The position numbers were made by a program, and so were the translations under genes. The notes under the pieces were generated by a model that saw nothing but the letters and a program-made list of their open reading frames with translations, was not told the DNA's origin and ran no database searches. 28,702 bases of DNA from a virus (taxonomy: Duplodnaviria; Caudoviricetes). The stretch lies in IMG/VR virus record IMGVR_UViG_3300025534_000030, positions 1 to 28,702 of that record; one strand, 5' to 3'. Of the stretch, positions 8,585 to 16,419 are shown one piece after another; the stretch's first letter is position 1, and each line of letters begins with the position of its first letter.

Positions 8585-8693
8585 GCTCCAATCGTTCAGC
8601 GAGTCTGCCGCTCCGATAAGCGACGACGGCGACCAGGGAAAGTGTGAGAAAATCGAAAATGATGATCAGCACTTGCCACCACCATGGCATCAT
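8532..8693 (-). CDS. Small single-pass membrane protein (53 aa)
   Basis: Below track cutoff. MMPWWWQVLIIIFDFLTLSLVAVVAYRSGR...; ATGA overlap with the upstream stop. Confidence 0.55.
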   Translation of the reverse strand: MMPWWWQVLIIIFDFLTLSLVAVVAYRSGRLAERLEREADAEKAHQNTRSGSV

Positions 8694-9385
8694 GTTAGCG
8701 CCCCCTTTCTGGCGATAATGGTCAATATCGCATATCCGGCCAAATCCATGAGCGTGTCCTCGATGGATTCATCATTGACTTTTTGTTCGCTTGTTATCAG
8801 GGATTTATAACGCTCCAGCTTGTCCGTCAGACGTATAACCGCCGATAAATCTCCGAATTCACGATAAAGCTTTGTAAAAGAGTCGCCGTAATCATGGTTT
8901 TTCTTTTCGAGTGTCTCAGCGATGGAAAGAGCGATTTTTTTGAACGGGCTGTCGGTTGGTGTTGACACCTGATCGCGGGCTTTAATAATGTTTACTGCCG
9001 TTCTTTCTTCATTCAGGGCTTGAGCACGTTCTGCAATGTTTGATAATGCGTTTGTTAAGATTTCATCCAAATCATTTTTTGGTGCATTTTCTTTGGCCTT
9101 TTCCGCAATTTTCTCGGGCCGTTTGCCATAAACGCCGATTAAACCCCAACGGTTTTTCAGCTTATTAAGATTTACGTTATTGAGACCATATTCTTCCATG
9201 ATCACTTTATCTGTCTTACCTGCCGCTTTTAGTTCCATGTATTTTTCTTTGGTAAGCTCCATATATCCCGTCTCCTTTCTCAATTTTTCGAGTTCCTCCG
9301 GAGTCAGCTTATAGGCGATTACCTCGCCACTACGGTATGCCGGGCTATCGCGCAAGCCGAATCTGACGTTTTCCACGATTTTCAC
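8690..9385 (-). CDS. DUF1599 (nucleotide-modification-associated) domain protein with N-terminal extension
   Basis: C-terminus LEKKNHDYGDSF...IRLTDKLER...ESIEDTLMDLAGYAIL; N-terminal HTH-like segment LTKEKYMELKAAGKTDKVIMEEYGL. Confidence 0.8.
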   Translation of the reverse strand: MKIVENVRFGLRDSPAYRSGEVIAYKLTPEELEKLRKETGYMELTKEKYMELKAAGKTDKVIMEEYGLNNVNLNKLKNRWGLIGVYGKRPEKIAEKAKENAPKNDLDEILTNALSNIAERAQALNEERTAVNIIKARDQVSTPTDSPFKKIALSIAETLEKKNHDYGDSFTKLYREFGDLSAVIRLTDKLERYKSLITSEQKVNDESIEDTLMDLAGYAILTIIARKGALT

Positions 9386-9777
9386 TCAACATCAACCCCA
9401 ACGGCCTTTAGCGCCGCTAAACAGATGGCGAGTGGGGCGGTTTCGGCAAAGGCTTCATAAGTATTAAAAAGTAATGTGATTGAGTTCTCTTTCCGAAAAA
9501 TTACACGATAGATTTTTTCATTGTCTTCGTTTATCGAATCGCCTATAAAGAAAACAAATCTTTTTCTGAGTTTCTCAACCACTTTCCAAGCATCTGAAAT
9601 ATCCGTGGAAGGGCTAAAAACTTCACAAGAACAGAAGTCAATTGAACATGGTTCAGCCGCTCTTTTCACCTTGCCGCTTTCATCAACCCAAAAAGTAGCT
9701 CCGTATCCACGTTCCTCTAACCTCCACCCCATCACCTTCTCGGCGACAAGGGTGTCAAGTTCGCGTCCGGGTTTCAT
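9382..9777 (-). CDS. Phage ABA-sandwich (BC1872-like) protein
   Basis: RELDTLVAEKVMGW...FSPSTDISDAWKVVEKL...ETAPLAICLAALKA. Confidence 0.8.
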   Translation of the reverse strand: MKPGRELDTLVAEKVMGWRLEERGYGATFWVDESGKVKRAAEPCSIDFCSCEVFSPSTDISDAWKVVEKLRKRFVFFIGDSINEDNEKIYRVIFRKENSITLLFNTYEAFAETAPLAICLAALKAVGVDVE

Positions 9778-10596
9778 TTATATCCCTCCCGCTAATTTTT
9801 GTAGTCGTGCTTTAGCAACCTCTCTCCGGTAACTTGTCGCCTTGTTCTCTACAAGTACTGATGTCTCAGTTATACGGTCATATGTCCTTTCGCTGACTTG
9901 ACCTGCCAATTCATTTGGACGCAAGTTCGATGTATAGAGAATCGGCAATTCTTTGCGGTAGCGACCATCGATGATCCGAAACATCACATCTTGAACCCAG
10001 TCCGTCAGTTTCTCGGCGCCAATATCGTCTAAAATCAACAAGTCACAAGTAAGTAATGCTTTCATGATTTGTTCCTCGGTATCGCGTGAGTTTTTGTTGA
10101 AAGTGCTTTTGATTCGGCCTAAGAGCTCCGGAACGCTTTGGAATACGACGATATATCCCCTTTTGTGTATTTCGTTTGCGATGGCAGCAGCAAGATGTGT
10201 TTTCCCGTTCCCTGGCGAGCCCCATATCATCAAAGATTGCGGGCCCCATTGGTCAAACTCATTGACATATCTTTGAGCCATTTCAAAAGCTTTTTCGGAG
10301 CCTGGTCTTTGTTTGTACGTTTCAAAAGTCGATTCTTCAAATCGTTTGCCGAGATTGGAGATCGAGAAAAGCCGTTCCGTTTCGTGTTTTTGTTGACGTT
10401 TAGCAGCTTCCTCAAGCATCTTTTTTTCGTGTTCCCATTCGCAATCGCATTTAGGTTGCACTAATCGTTTACGACCCAAAACATCAATCTCAATCGGTGG
10501 CACATATCGTCCGCAATGCGGACATTCATAACGAGAGTTCGTCGTAGTCGTATGGGCTTGTATGATGTTCTCCATCACGTTTGCTATGCTTTGCAT
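9778..10596 (-). CDS. DnaC/IstB-like helicase loader ATPase
   Basis: N-terminal Zn motif (CPHC...CDC), Walker A GSPGNGKT, Walker B LLILDDIG, YTSN. Confidence 0.92.
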   Translation of the reverse strand: MQSIANVMENIIQAHTTTTNSRYECPHCGRYVPPIEIDVLGRKRLVQPKCDCEWEHEKKMLEEAAKRQQKHETERLFSISNLGKRFEESTFETYKQRPGSEKAFEMAQRYVNEFDQWGPQSLMIWGSPGNGKTHLAAAIANEIHKRGYIVVFQSVPELLGRIKSTFNKNSRDTEEQIMKALLTCDLLILDDIGAEKLTDWVQDVMFRIIDGRYRKELPILYTSNLRPNELAGQVSERTYDRITETSVLVENKATSYRREVAKARLQKLAGGI

Positions 10597-11275
10597 TTAG
10601 GGCCTCCTTCCGTTGCTTTTTGGTAGATTCATAGGCTCTGACTGCATCGATCGTCAGCAATCCTTTTTGATGCCATTCACGCAGAAATGATTCGCAATAT
10701 CCGAAGCTGTATCCACCTTTTTTTAAGGCCATCTTCATTGAGGCTATAACGATTTCATTTGAAGAAAAGTCTTTGACCCATGCCTCTATTGATTCCTGAA
10801 TATAGGGCGATATATATCCGAAGTTGTTCCGAAAAAACATGACGGCATCTTCATCTTCGCGCGCGTTAGCTGCTGCTGCATTATTAGTTTCGTTTATGTT
10901 TTGTTTATGTTTATTAATGTCTCGCGGATTAGTCTCTGGATTAGTCCGCGGATTGGTCTCCGGATTAGTCTCTTGATTAGTCTCCGTATTATTCCGGTAT
11001 AGCGGAATAATAGAGTAAGTACCGGCTTGCCCTTTTTTCCCTTTTTCGTATCCAATAAGCCCTATCTGTTTCAAATCATTTCTGATTTTATGAAACTCAG
11101 ATTTCGCCATTGGACACATTGCTTGCAGCGTTTGATTGGCAACTGTGAATTCCTTTGTCCAACCACACTTATTGTTGATGTTTAAAATTGCTAGATATAA
11201 CGCTTGGTGTTTTGGAGTTATCGGATTCAACAAAACCCAATCGTAAAACGCGTTAAGCTGTTTTATGTAGTTCAA
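10526..11275 (-). CDS. Phage replication initiator, DnaD-domain
   Basis: MNYIKQLNAFYDW N-terminal wHTH; C-terminal DnaB_2-like FGYCESFLREWHQKGLLTIDAV; internal iterons; precedes DnaC. Confidence 0.88.
   Translation of the reverse strand: MNYIKQLNAFYDWVLLNPITPKHQALYLAILNINNKCGWTKEFTVANQTLQAMCPMAKSEFHKIRNDLKQIGLIGYEKGKKGQAGTYSIIPLYRNNTETNQETNPETNPRTNPETNPRDINKHKQNINETNNAAAANAREDEDAVMFFRNNFGYISPYIQESIEAWVKDFSSNEIVIASMKMALKKGGYSFGYCESFLREWHQKGLLTIDAVRAYESTKKQRKEALNAKHSKRDGEHHTSPYDYDELSL
10889..10985. repeat. Replication origin: five 12-bp iterons plus AT-rich tract
   Basis: GGATTAGTCTCT, GGATTAGTCCGC, GGATTGGTCTCC, GGATTAGTCTCT, TGATTAGTCTCC (10926-10985), next to the T-rich stretch 10889-10919, inside the initiator gene. 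Confidence 0.85.
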
Positions 11276-11281
11276 CCGGTC

Positions 11282-11467
11282 TCACCTCTTTCTGCATATC
11301 GCCTTCATACCTTCAATCTTCACAAGCCTTAACTCCGGATAACTCCGCGCGATATAACCAGCCACATAACGCTTGAAAAGCTTCCCCCGGTTCTCATAGC
11401 CGGCCGTCAGATGGAGGTAGACCGGGGGAATGTCGATTTTATACTGCAATGAGCTCACCGATCTCAA
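11282..11467 (-). CDS. Small conserved-looking phage protein
   Basis: 61 aa, IDIPPVYLHLT...LFKRYVAGYI...YPELRLVKIEGMKAIC; sits between exonuclease and initiator. Confidence 0.6.
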   Translation of the reverse strand: MRSVSSLQYKIDIPPVYLHLTAGYENRGKLFKRYVAGYIARSYPELRLVKIEGMKAICRKR

Positions 11468-12245
11468 TCGTGTTAGATAGTTTTTTTGTCAGTCGACAAT
11501 AATCACATTTTCCACAACGTCTTGGTTCGATCTTCCCGCTTTTGACTTCTAATATGTGCGGCATGGCCATTTCCGTGAAGTCGTATTCAAACTCAAAACG
11601 CGACTCATCAAAGTGTAGCACCGCTTTGTTCGGTGGATTTTCCTTCGTTATTGCGACGATATAAGGTGTATACCATTCGCCAAAAACCTCATGCAGCACA
11701 CGCCGATAAATGGCCATCTGAAGGACGTAATCATATGCCTCGACAAATGATACCCACCCGTTGTATTTGTCACTCCAGTAGCGTTTATGGAGGTCTGACG
11801 TGGTCTTTATATCGCTGAATGACTTTCGTTGAAGATTGATGCTATCGACTTTGATTTTCCATTCAACACCCCAAAGATGAGCCGTATAAATTTGCTCTTT
11901 TTCGCCCTCCAAAGCAAACATGGCGAATGGGTCATTTTTAAGCGTTTCAATCATTCTGTCAGCCATTTCAAAATCTGCGTACTTGCCGCCGCGACTTTTA
12001 AAAATCGCGCTGTTGTTTTTCTCAACAAACTGATTGAATGCTTCATCACTCTCAAACGCCGCATGAACGTAACTACCAACGATCAAGGCATTGCTGGAGG
12101 GTCTTTGGTAAGACCCTTCCAACTCAGCCATCGTTCTTGCCTCGCACTCCATGAAATTTTTAAATTGCGATACAGACATGTACTTTTTATTAGCTTCAAT
12201 CGAGTGGTAATTCAGCTTGTCCATCTTCATTTGCGTTACCGTCAT
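11439..12245 (-). CDS. PD-(D/E)XK exonuclease, DUF3799 / RecE-like
   Basis: YMSVSQFKNFMECEA, LIVGSYVH, WKIKVD, DIKT, YVLQMAIY, CGKCDYC; start moved to ATG at 12245 (RBS GAAGGTG). Confidence 0.85.
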   Translation of the reverse strand: MTVTQMKMDKLNYHSIEANKKYMSVSQFKNFMECEARTMAELEGSYQRPSSNALIVGSYVHAAFESDEAFNQFVEKNNSAIFKSRGGKYADFEMADRMIETLKNDPFAMFALEGEKEQIYTAHLWGVEWKIKVDSINLQRKSFSDIKTTSDLHKRYWSDKYNGWVSFVEAYDYVLQMAIYRRVLHEVFGEWYTPYIVAITKENPPNKAVLHFDESRFEFEYDFTEMAMPHILEVKSGKIEPRRCGKCDYCRLTKKLSNTIEIGELIAV

Positions 12246-13053
12246 TTTTAGCACCTTCTTGTTTAAAGGCTTTTGATAAGTCGCTCTCTTGTTTCTTCAC
12301 TTTCTTATCGAACCAGTCTTCCGGTTTGCTCATGCCGTCTTTAAGAGAGTTAAATATTTTGATTAAGTCGAGATAATCGCGCTCTGTAAAGGCGTCGATG
12401 TTGTATCCCATACGTTCCTCGATTTGTTCTTGAGTGACCCGGAATTTTTCTTTAAAAGCTTTCAAAGCCTTACCGAGCCGATCCTTTAAAGGGCCTTGCG
12501 AATTTCCCTGGAGCGTTCGATTACATTCCTCAACGGCCTTGTCAATGATGTCGCCAGGAATAATGCCAAGAATACACGAACGTAAACGCCTTGCGCCTTG
12601 GTTGGCCACCATCTCGTATATATCGCGAGGGTCATCTAGCTTAACCAGTTTTCCTTTGGCTTTCCGGGAATGTTTCACTGTGAAGATCTTTTCTTGCCGG
12701 ACGTTGGTTTCGAGGTCCCACGCATATGCCATCGCGACCGATTCGCCTTCACGTTGTTCCAGTTCTTTCACTCCAAAAGCGAGGTTTCCCCAGTTTTGTG
12801 CGAGCACTTCAGCCAAACGAATTGACGGGCCTTCAACCTTCGATCCGCCTCTTGGGTAACTATAGACGGCAACCTCAGCCAGTGCCGGGCGTTTGCAGGC
12901 ATCAAGGATTCTTTGCTCTGCTTGGAATACATTACGCGGGAACTGCTTAGCCATGAAAATTTGGCCTTTCACTTCTTCCATTTCTCGGCTGCTTGAAGAA
13001 TGAGCAAGCACACCAGTTTGTTGTTGCTCGAATTGAGTCGCTAAATCGTTCAT
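12196..13053 (-). CDS. Putative single-strand annealing protein (Rad52/Erf-like fold suspected)
   Basis: 285 aa; motifs AKQFPRN, YSYPRGG..VEGPSIRLAE..A..WGN, AWDLETN; directly upstream of the exonuclease. Confidence 0.6.
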   Translation of the reverse strand: MNDLATQFEQQQTGVLAHSSSSREMEEVKGQIFMAKQFPRNVFQAEQRILDACKRPALAEVAVYSYPRGGSKVEGPSIRLAEVLAQNWGNLAFGVKELEQREGESVAMAYAWDLETNVRQEKIFTVKHSRKAKGKLVKLDDPRDIYEMVANQGARRLRSCILGIIPGDIIDKAVEECNRTLQGNSQGPLKDRLGKALKAFKEKFRVTQEQIEERMGYNIDAFTERDYLDLIKIFNSLKDGMSKPEDWFDKKVKKQESDLSKAFKQEGAKNDGNANEDGQAELPLD

Positions 13054-13223
13054 TTTACTACCTCCCTTTGTCCGTTCAAACGTTTGTATTCCTCAAACTG
13101 CTCCCGTGTCCGAAACCGGAAATGCGGCACACCACGCTTGTCCACCACGATTTCACCACCAACTTGCGATAGCCGCCATTGGTCGAATCGTCGTTCGCTG
13201 TATGCGATCTCTATGGGTTTCAT
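13050..13223 (-). CDS. Small hypothetical protein (57 aa)
   Basis: Below track cutoff. MKPIEIAYSERRFDQWRLSQVGGEIVVDKRGVPHFRFRTREQFEEYKRLNGQREVVK; RBS AAGGAGG; ATGA overlap with the next gene. Confidence 0.7.
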   Translation of the reverse strand: MKPIEIAYSERRFDQWRLSQVGGEIVVDKRGVPHFRFRTREQFEEYKRLNGQREVVK

Positions 13224-13234
13224 ATTCAACCTCC

Positions 13235-13333
13235 TTGTGTTTCGGGAGGATTCTTGCTATACTAGATATAGATTTCTTAGCAAGAAACCCCCTATTTAAC
13301 CCACCGACTGCCACCACAGTCGGTTTTTATTTT
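13235..13333 (+). ncRNA. Putative antisense sRNA cassette (~60 nt) with sigma-A promoter and terminator
   Basis: TTGTGT-17bp-(TGc)TATACT at 13235-13263; inner hairpin TTTCTT-AGC-AAGAAA; terminator ACCGACTG-CCACCA-CAGTCGGT-TTTTATTTT at 13303-13333. Confidence 0.6.
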
Positions 13334-13518
13334 GCAATTTCCCAGTAGGCATCAAAGTATTTCAGAAGGCACTCGGTGTCATAGAACCATTCACCATCGC
13401 AGAATATGTGTTCATATCCCTCGACGATTTCCTCGCCACAACCACAAGCGCATTTATCAACCACTTGCGCATCGCGGATCGGTGCCAGAACCATTGGGTT
13501 TTCGATTGTTTGGTGCAT
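13327..13518 (-). CDS. YqaI-like small Zn-binding protein
   Basis: IENPMV...CACGCGEEIVEG...DGEWFYDTECL. Confidence 0.7.
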   Translation of the reverse strand: MHQTIENPMVLAPIRDAQVVDKCACGCGEEIVEGYEHIFCDGEWFYDTECLLKYFDAYWEIAK

Positions 13519-13522
13519 GAAG

Positions 13523-14290
13523 TTAGGCCTCCTTTCTATACATATCTGCTTGTGGATAGATACCTCGTTTTTCTAATAACCTGTGAATAAATAGACGTCC
13601 TTTTTGAGTCCACTTGGTGTGCATTTTTACCGATTGCCGGCCATCGGTGTGGGTAATATCCACCGTTTGAGACTTTATGAATCCTTTATCCTTATATTTT
13701 TGATATAGGATCCATTGGCCATTTAGTTTGTATTGGATACCTTCATCGTGAAGAATTTTGTTTAATCGATAAGCTGATAATCCATAATCTTGAGCGATTT
13801 GTGTTGTCGTGACAGTATCCGACGAATTCAAAATTCGTTGGTAATAATCAACCATTGGCGCTTGAATTTGTAATTTTTGTTCTAATAGCTGTTTTTCTTT
13901 CTGTTCTTGAATCCAACGTTCTGCCCTGGTGATCGGATCTTCTATCATATAAGAAGGTTGATTCATTGACTGGATTTGTTCCCGCATCCTTTTAAACTCG
14001 TTGATGAATCTAACTTTCATCTTCATGGCCTCCGGTGTTACATAAGCCATAGCAACAATAGTGAAGGCTTCTTCGGTCATGTTGTACTTTTTATATTCCC
14101 GATTTCCAGAACGATAATGGGATAACGCAAAGTTGCGTTTTACAAAATTTTCCTCTTTTGCTTCGTTTAGTTTTTCGATCTGTATCTCGATGTCTCTCAA
14201 AACATCGGAATGACGTTTGTTAAAGACATCTGATACGGTTAAACTATCGGTAACGGGCTTACCGTCGCTGATAAAAACCAGATCTCCCAC
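13523..14290 (-). CDS. Rha-family / ANT(KilA-C) phage antirepressor
   Basis: N-terminal Rha (PVTDSLTVSDVFNKRHSDVLRDI, YNMTEEAFT); SYMIEDPITRAERWI linker; C-terminal ANT (TTTQIAQDYG...KWTQKGRLFI); GTG at 14290 has RBS AAAGGAGG. Confidence 0.88.
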   Translation of the reverse strand: MGDLVFISDGKPVTDSLTVSDVFNKRHSDVLRDIEIQIEKLNEAKEENFVKRNFALSHYRSGNREYKKYNMTEEAFTIVAMAYVTPEAMKMKVRFINEFKRMREQIQSMNQPSYMIEDPITRAERWIQEQKEKQLLEQKLQIQAPMVDYYQRILNSSDTVTTTQIAQDYGLSAYRLNKILHDEGIQYKLNGQWILYQKYKDKGFIKSQTVDITHTDGRQSVKMHTKWTQKGRLFIHRLLEKRGIYPQADMYRKEA

Positions 14291-14312
14291 TGATAATTGC
14301 CTCCTTTCTGAA

Positions 14313-14462
14313 TCATTCAACTACCATTTCAACTTCACCATGCCATCGGATATCATCATCTTTGCCACAAAAAGGGCAGAAATTTATGACTTGATCCAAC
14401 GGTACAAAAATTTCTATGTCGCACTTACTGCATTTATGGAGATCAAACTTTTTGATTTCCAT
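14313..14462 (-). CDS. Small Zn-ribbon protein (49 aa)
   Basis: Below track cutoff. MEIKKFDLHKCSKCDIEIFVPLDQVINFCPFCGKDDDIRWHGEVEMVVE; RBS AAAGGAGG. Confidence 0.7.
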   Translation of the reverse strand: MEIKKFDLHKCSKCDIEIFVPLDQVINFCPFCGKDDDIRWHGEVEMVVE

Positions 14463-14489
14463 TTTTCACCCTCCTTTCAATATGTATTT

Positions 14490-14607
14490 GGTGCATTCGC
14501 ACCGTTCGAGCCACGACCATCCGAGACGAGAAAATGTCGTGGTTTTTTTGTGAGTGGAAAACCCAGTCATGGCTCGAACGGCACGGGCGACCGAAGTCGC
14601 TCTTGCC
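14490..14607 (-). ncRNA. Highly structured intergenic RNA element upstream of the Zn-ribbon/antirepressor genes
   Basis: C(UUCG)G-capped hairpin (14580-14607); 16-bp stem 14502-14517/14566-14581; alternative stem CCACGAC/GTCGTGG + T7 (14511-14549); small hairpin 14490-14503. Confidence 0.6.
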
Positions 14608-14642
14608 ATATGGGATTTTTGGGGGTAAAATGTTTTTAGGGT

Positions 14643-14807
14643 TTAGGCTGTCGCATTGGCGACGGCTTTTTCTTTTTCGTGATGGTCAATCATATATCCG
14701 ACCGTGACGATCCGCCGGAGATCCGTCGAGTATTCGGTGTTCGCAAGCTGAGTATGTAAGTCTCCATCTGCCACATAATCTGCAAGAAAATCACTGATTT
14801 TTGACAT
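14643..14807 (-). CDS. Small hypothetical protein
   Basis: MSKISDFLADYVADGD...; RBS GGAGGTG favours ATG at 14807. Confidence 0.6.
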   Translation of the reverse strand: MSKISDFLADYVADGDLHTQLANTEYSTDLRRIVTVGYMIDHHEKEKAVANATA

Positions 14808-14808
14808 G

Positions 14809-15057
14809 TTACTCACCTCCGTGAATATGTAAATTCTCAATTTTAATCACGACTTGTCCAAAACCGCGAGATTTTAAATCCTCTTTCAATGCGATCAGTC
14901 TGTCGTTTTCCCGTTTGTAAGCCGCTAGTCTGTCCAATTCGCGCTTACAGGCATGGGCCAATTCCGTGTTGCCCATGTGCACGTATGCGACGTATGCATC
15001 CAACAACCTCGCAGCCATCGGCAGATCGCTAGGCAGGAATTTTTCTTCAAATGACAT
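14809..15057 (-). CDS. Hypothetical protein
   Basis: 82 aa, RBS GAGGGG, packed in the operon. Confidence 0.65.
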   Translation of the reverse strand: MSFEEKFLPSDLPMAARLLDAYVAYVHMGNTELAHACKRELDRLAAYKRENDRLIALKEDLKSRGFGQVVIKIENLHIHGGE

Positions 15058-15072
15058 GTTTGAACCCCTCTC

Positions 15073-15570
15073 TCATCGCTCGCCGCGTTTAAGTTCCTGT
15101 TCATGCACCAATCTCAGACGTTTGGCGTCGAGTTTGAATTCCTCCTCCAGCACGCCTTGCATGATGACTGCCTTCTCGATTACGTCCCGGATTTCATGCC
15201 AAGTCTTTTCCGCTGCTTGTTTCCGTTTTTCCGGGTCGATATGACGTGCCAAGATGAGTCCCTCCAATGCTTTTTCTGCTTCGTCCAGATCTTTCAGTAG
15301 GATTTCTTTCAACGCCGCCGGATGCAAATCCAAGTTCGGCACTTCGTCCAAGATGTTCGATATGTACCCGCCACTCCGTTCATCAATGATAGCGAGGGCT
15401 AATTTCCAATTCAGCCGCGCGATGTTGGGCTCATGATGCTTCGGCGGGGTGTAGGTGCCAGTTTCAATCCGAGATACAAGAGACCTGTCAATATGCAGCT
15501 CTTGTGCAATCTCTCGCTGACTCACATTGCGCTCCTTTCGATATTCAAGCAATTTTTCACCAATGTTCAT
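15073..15570 (-). CDS. XRE-family HTH DNA-binding protein
   Basis: IGEKLLEYRKERNVSQREIAQELHIDRSLVSRIETG plus helical C-terminal domain. Confidence 0.85.
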   Translation of the reverse strand: MNIGEKLLEYRKERNVSQREIAQELHIDRSLVSRIETGTYTPPKHHEPNIARLNWKLALAIIDERSGGYISNILDEVPNLDLHPAALKEILLKDLDEAEKALEGLILARHIDPEKRKQAAEKTWHEIRDVIEKAVIMQGVLEEEFKLDAKRLRLVHEQELKRGER

Positions 15571-15629
15571 TCGTATTTCTCCTTTCTGAACACCAAAAAT
15601 ATTCAGTTGTGATAGAGCAAAGATATAAA

Positions 15630-15839
15630 CTAGAATTGCCGAGCGAGTGAAACTTGACGGTAGAGCGACATGATTTCTGGATGTTGTTTTTCGAAGTTGT
15701 CGTTTTTAATCATCGGTATCCCGAAAGTCTGTTCCATGTCGCTCATAAGGGCCGTCAGTCTCGAGTTTCTGACATCGACTGACTTGATGTTCTGAATCTC
15801 CTTGAAGCGTTCATAGAATGCCGGAAGTAAGTTTGTCAT
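15630..15839 (-). CDS. Small hypothetical protein
   Basis: MTNLLPAFYERF...LMSDMEQTFGIPM...LYRQVSLAR; RBS AGGAGGTG favours ATG at 15839 over 15944. Confidence 0.65.
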   Translation of the reverse strand: MTNLLPAFYERFKEIQNIKSVDVRNSRLTALMSDMEQTFGIPMIKNDNFEKQHPEIMSLYRQVSLARQF

Positions 15840-15858
15840 GTTTTCACCTCCTATAATT

Positions 15859-15993
15859 TCATACAGCGTGCTGATTCTCTTTCTGTTGCTTTTCCAGATA
15901 CTCTTGAATGAGTCTTGGAAACGATGTTCGGGCGAAAAATTCAACGATCAGCTTTTTGGTATGCTCTTCGCTGGTTAGGTAAGTGATTTTCAT
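15859..15993 (-). CDS. Small hypothetical protein (44 aa)
   Basis: MKITYLTSEEHTKKLIVEFFARTSFPRLIQEYLEK...; RBS AAGGAGTG. Confidence 0.6.
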   Translation of the reverse strand: MKITYLTSEEHTKKLIVEFFARTSFPRLIQEYLEKQQKENQHAV

Positions 15994-16008
15994 ATAATCA
16001 CTCCTTTT

Positions 16009-16036
16009 GCAGGTATTTCCTTCCTTTTTGTCGAAT
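16009..16036 (+). promoter_or_regulatory. Sigma-H-like promoter for the inverted moron
   Basis: GCAGGTATT...GTCGAAT resembles the sigma-H consensus (AGGA-17/18-GAAT). Confidence 0.5.
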
Positions 16037-16064
16037 TTGATCGATGGAAGGGAGGTGAATAATA

Positions 16065-16265
16065 GTGAATACATGCACAAAATGTGGAAGTTTCAATATG
16101 GTTACTAGTAACGACAACTACGCATTAACGATATGGAACTTCCAAAATGATCAAGTAACAGTTAATCCTGGCCAATTTTTGCCTGTAAAAGGTTCTTTCT
16201 GTTCATCTTGTGGTCATCTTGAACTTAAGGTTGATGCAGAGAGTTTGAAAAGGTTCCAGAAATAA
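16065..16265 (+). CDS. Small Zn-finger protein, counter-oriented moron
   Basis: CTKCGS...CSSCGH; strong RBS GGGAGGTG before GTG. Confidence 0.7.
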   Translation: MNTCTKCGSFNMVTSNDNYALTIWNFQNDQVTVNPGQFLPVKGSFCSSCGHLELKVDAESLKRFQK

Positions 16266-16407
16266 GGACCTTATCAGCATTAAGATGAATTGGTTTAATC
16301 TTATTGGTCGTCGTAGCCGCGGCGACCTTCTCTTCCAAGTCGTTCACTTTTCTTTCTAATTCAGCGATGCGAATGTCATGTTCATCAATGCGATGTTCTT
16401 GGTTCAT
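16225..16407 (-). CDS. Small coiled-coil hypothetical protein
   Basis: RIAELERKVNDLEEKV; RBS AGGAGGTG. Confidence 0.6.
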   Translation of the reverse strand: MNQEHRIDEHDIRIAELERKVNDLEEKVAAATTTNKIKPIHLNADKVLISGTFSNSLHQP

Positions 16408-16419
16408 GATTTCACCTCC

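Noticed and set aside
10926-10985. CRISPR-like or VNTR repeat array
   Set aside because: 12-bp tandem units without spacers inside the initiator gene; standard iterons.
14217-14639. 140-aa plus-strand ORF
   Set aside because: Antisense to the antirepressor and Zn-ribbon genes, no RBS, and crosses a plus-strand terminator-like hairpin.
15571-15629. Hairpin CTGAATATT/GGTGTTCAG next to the RBS of the XRE gene
   Set aside because: Weak, GU-rich and without U-tract; not enough support to call a regulatory element.
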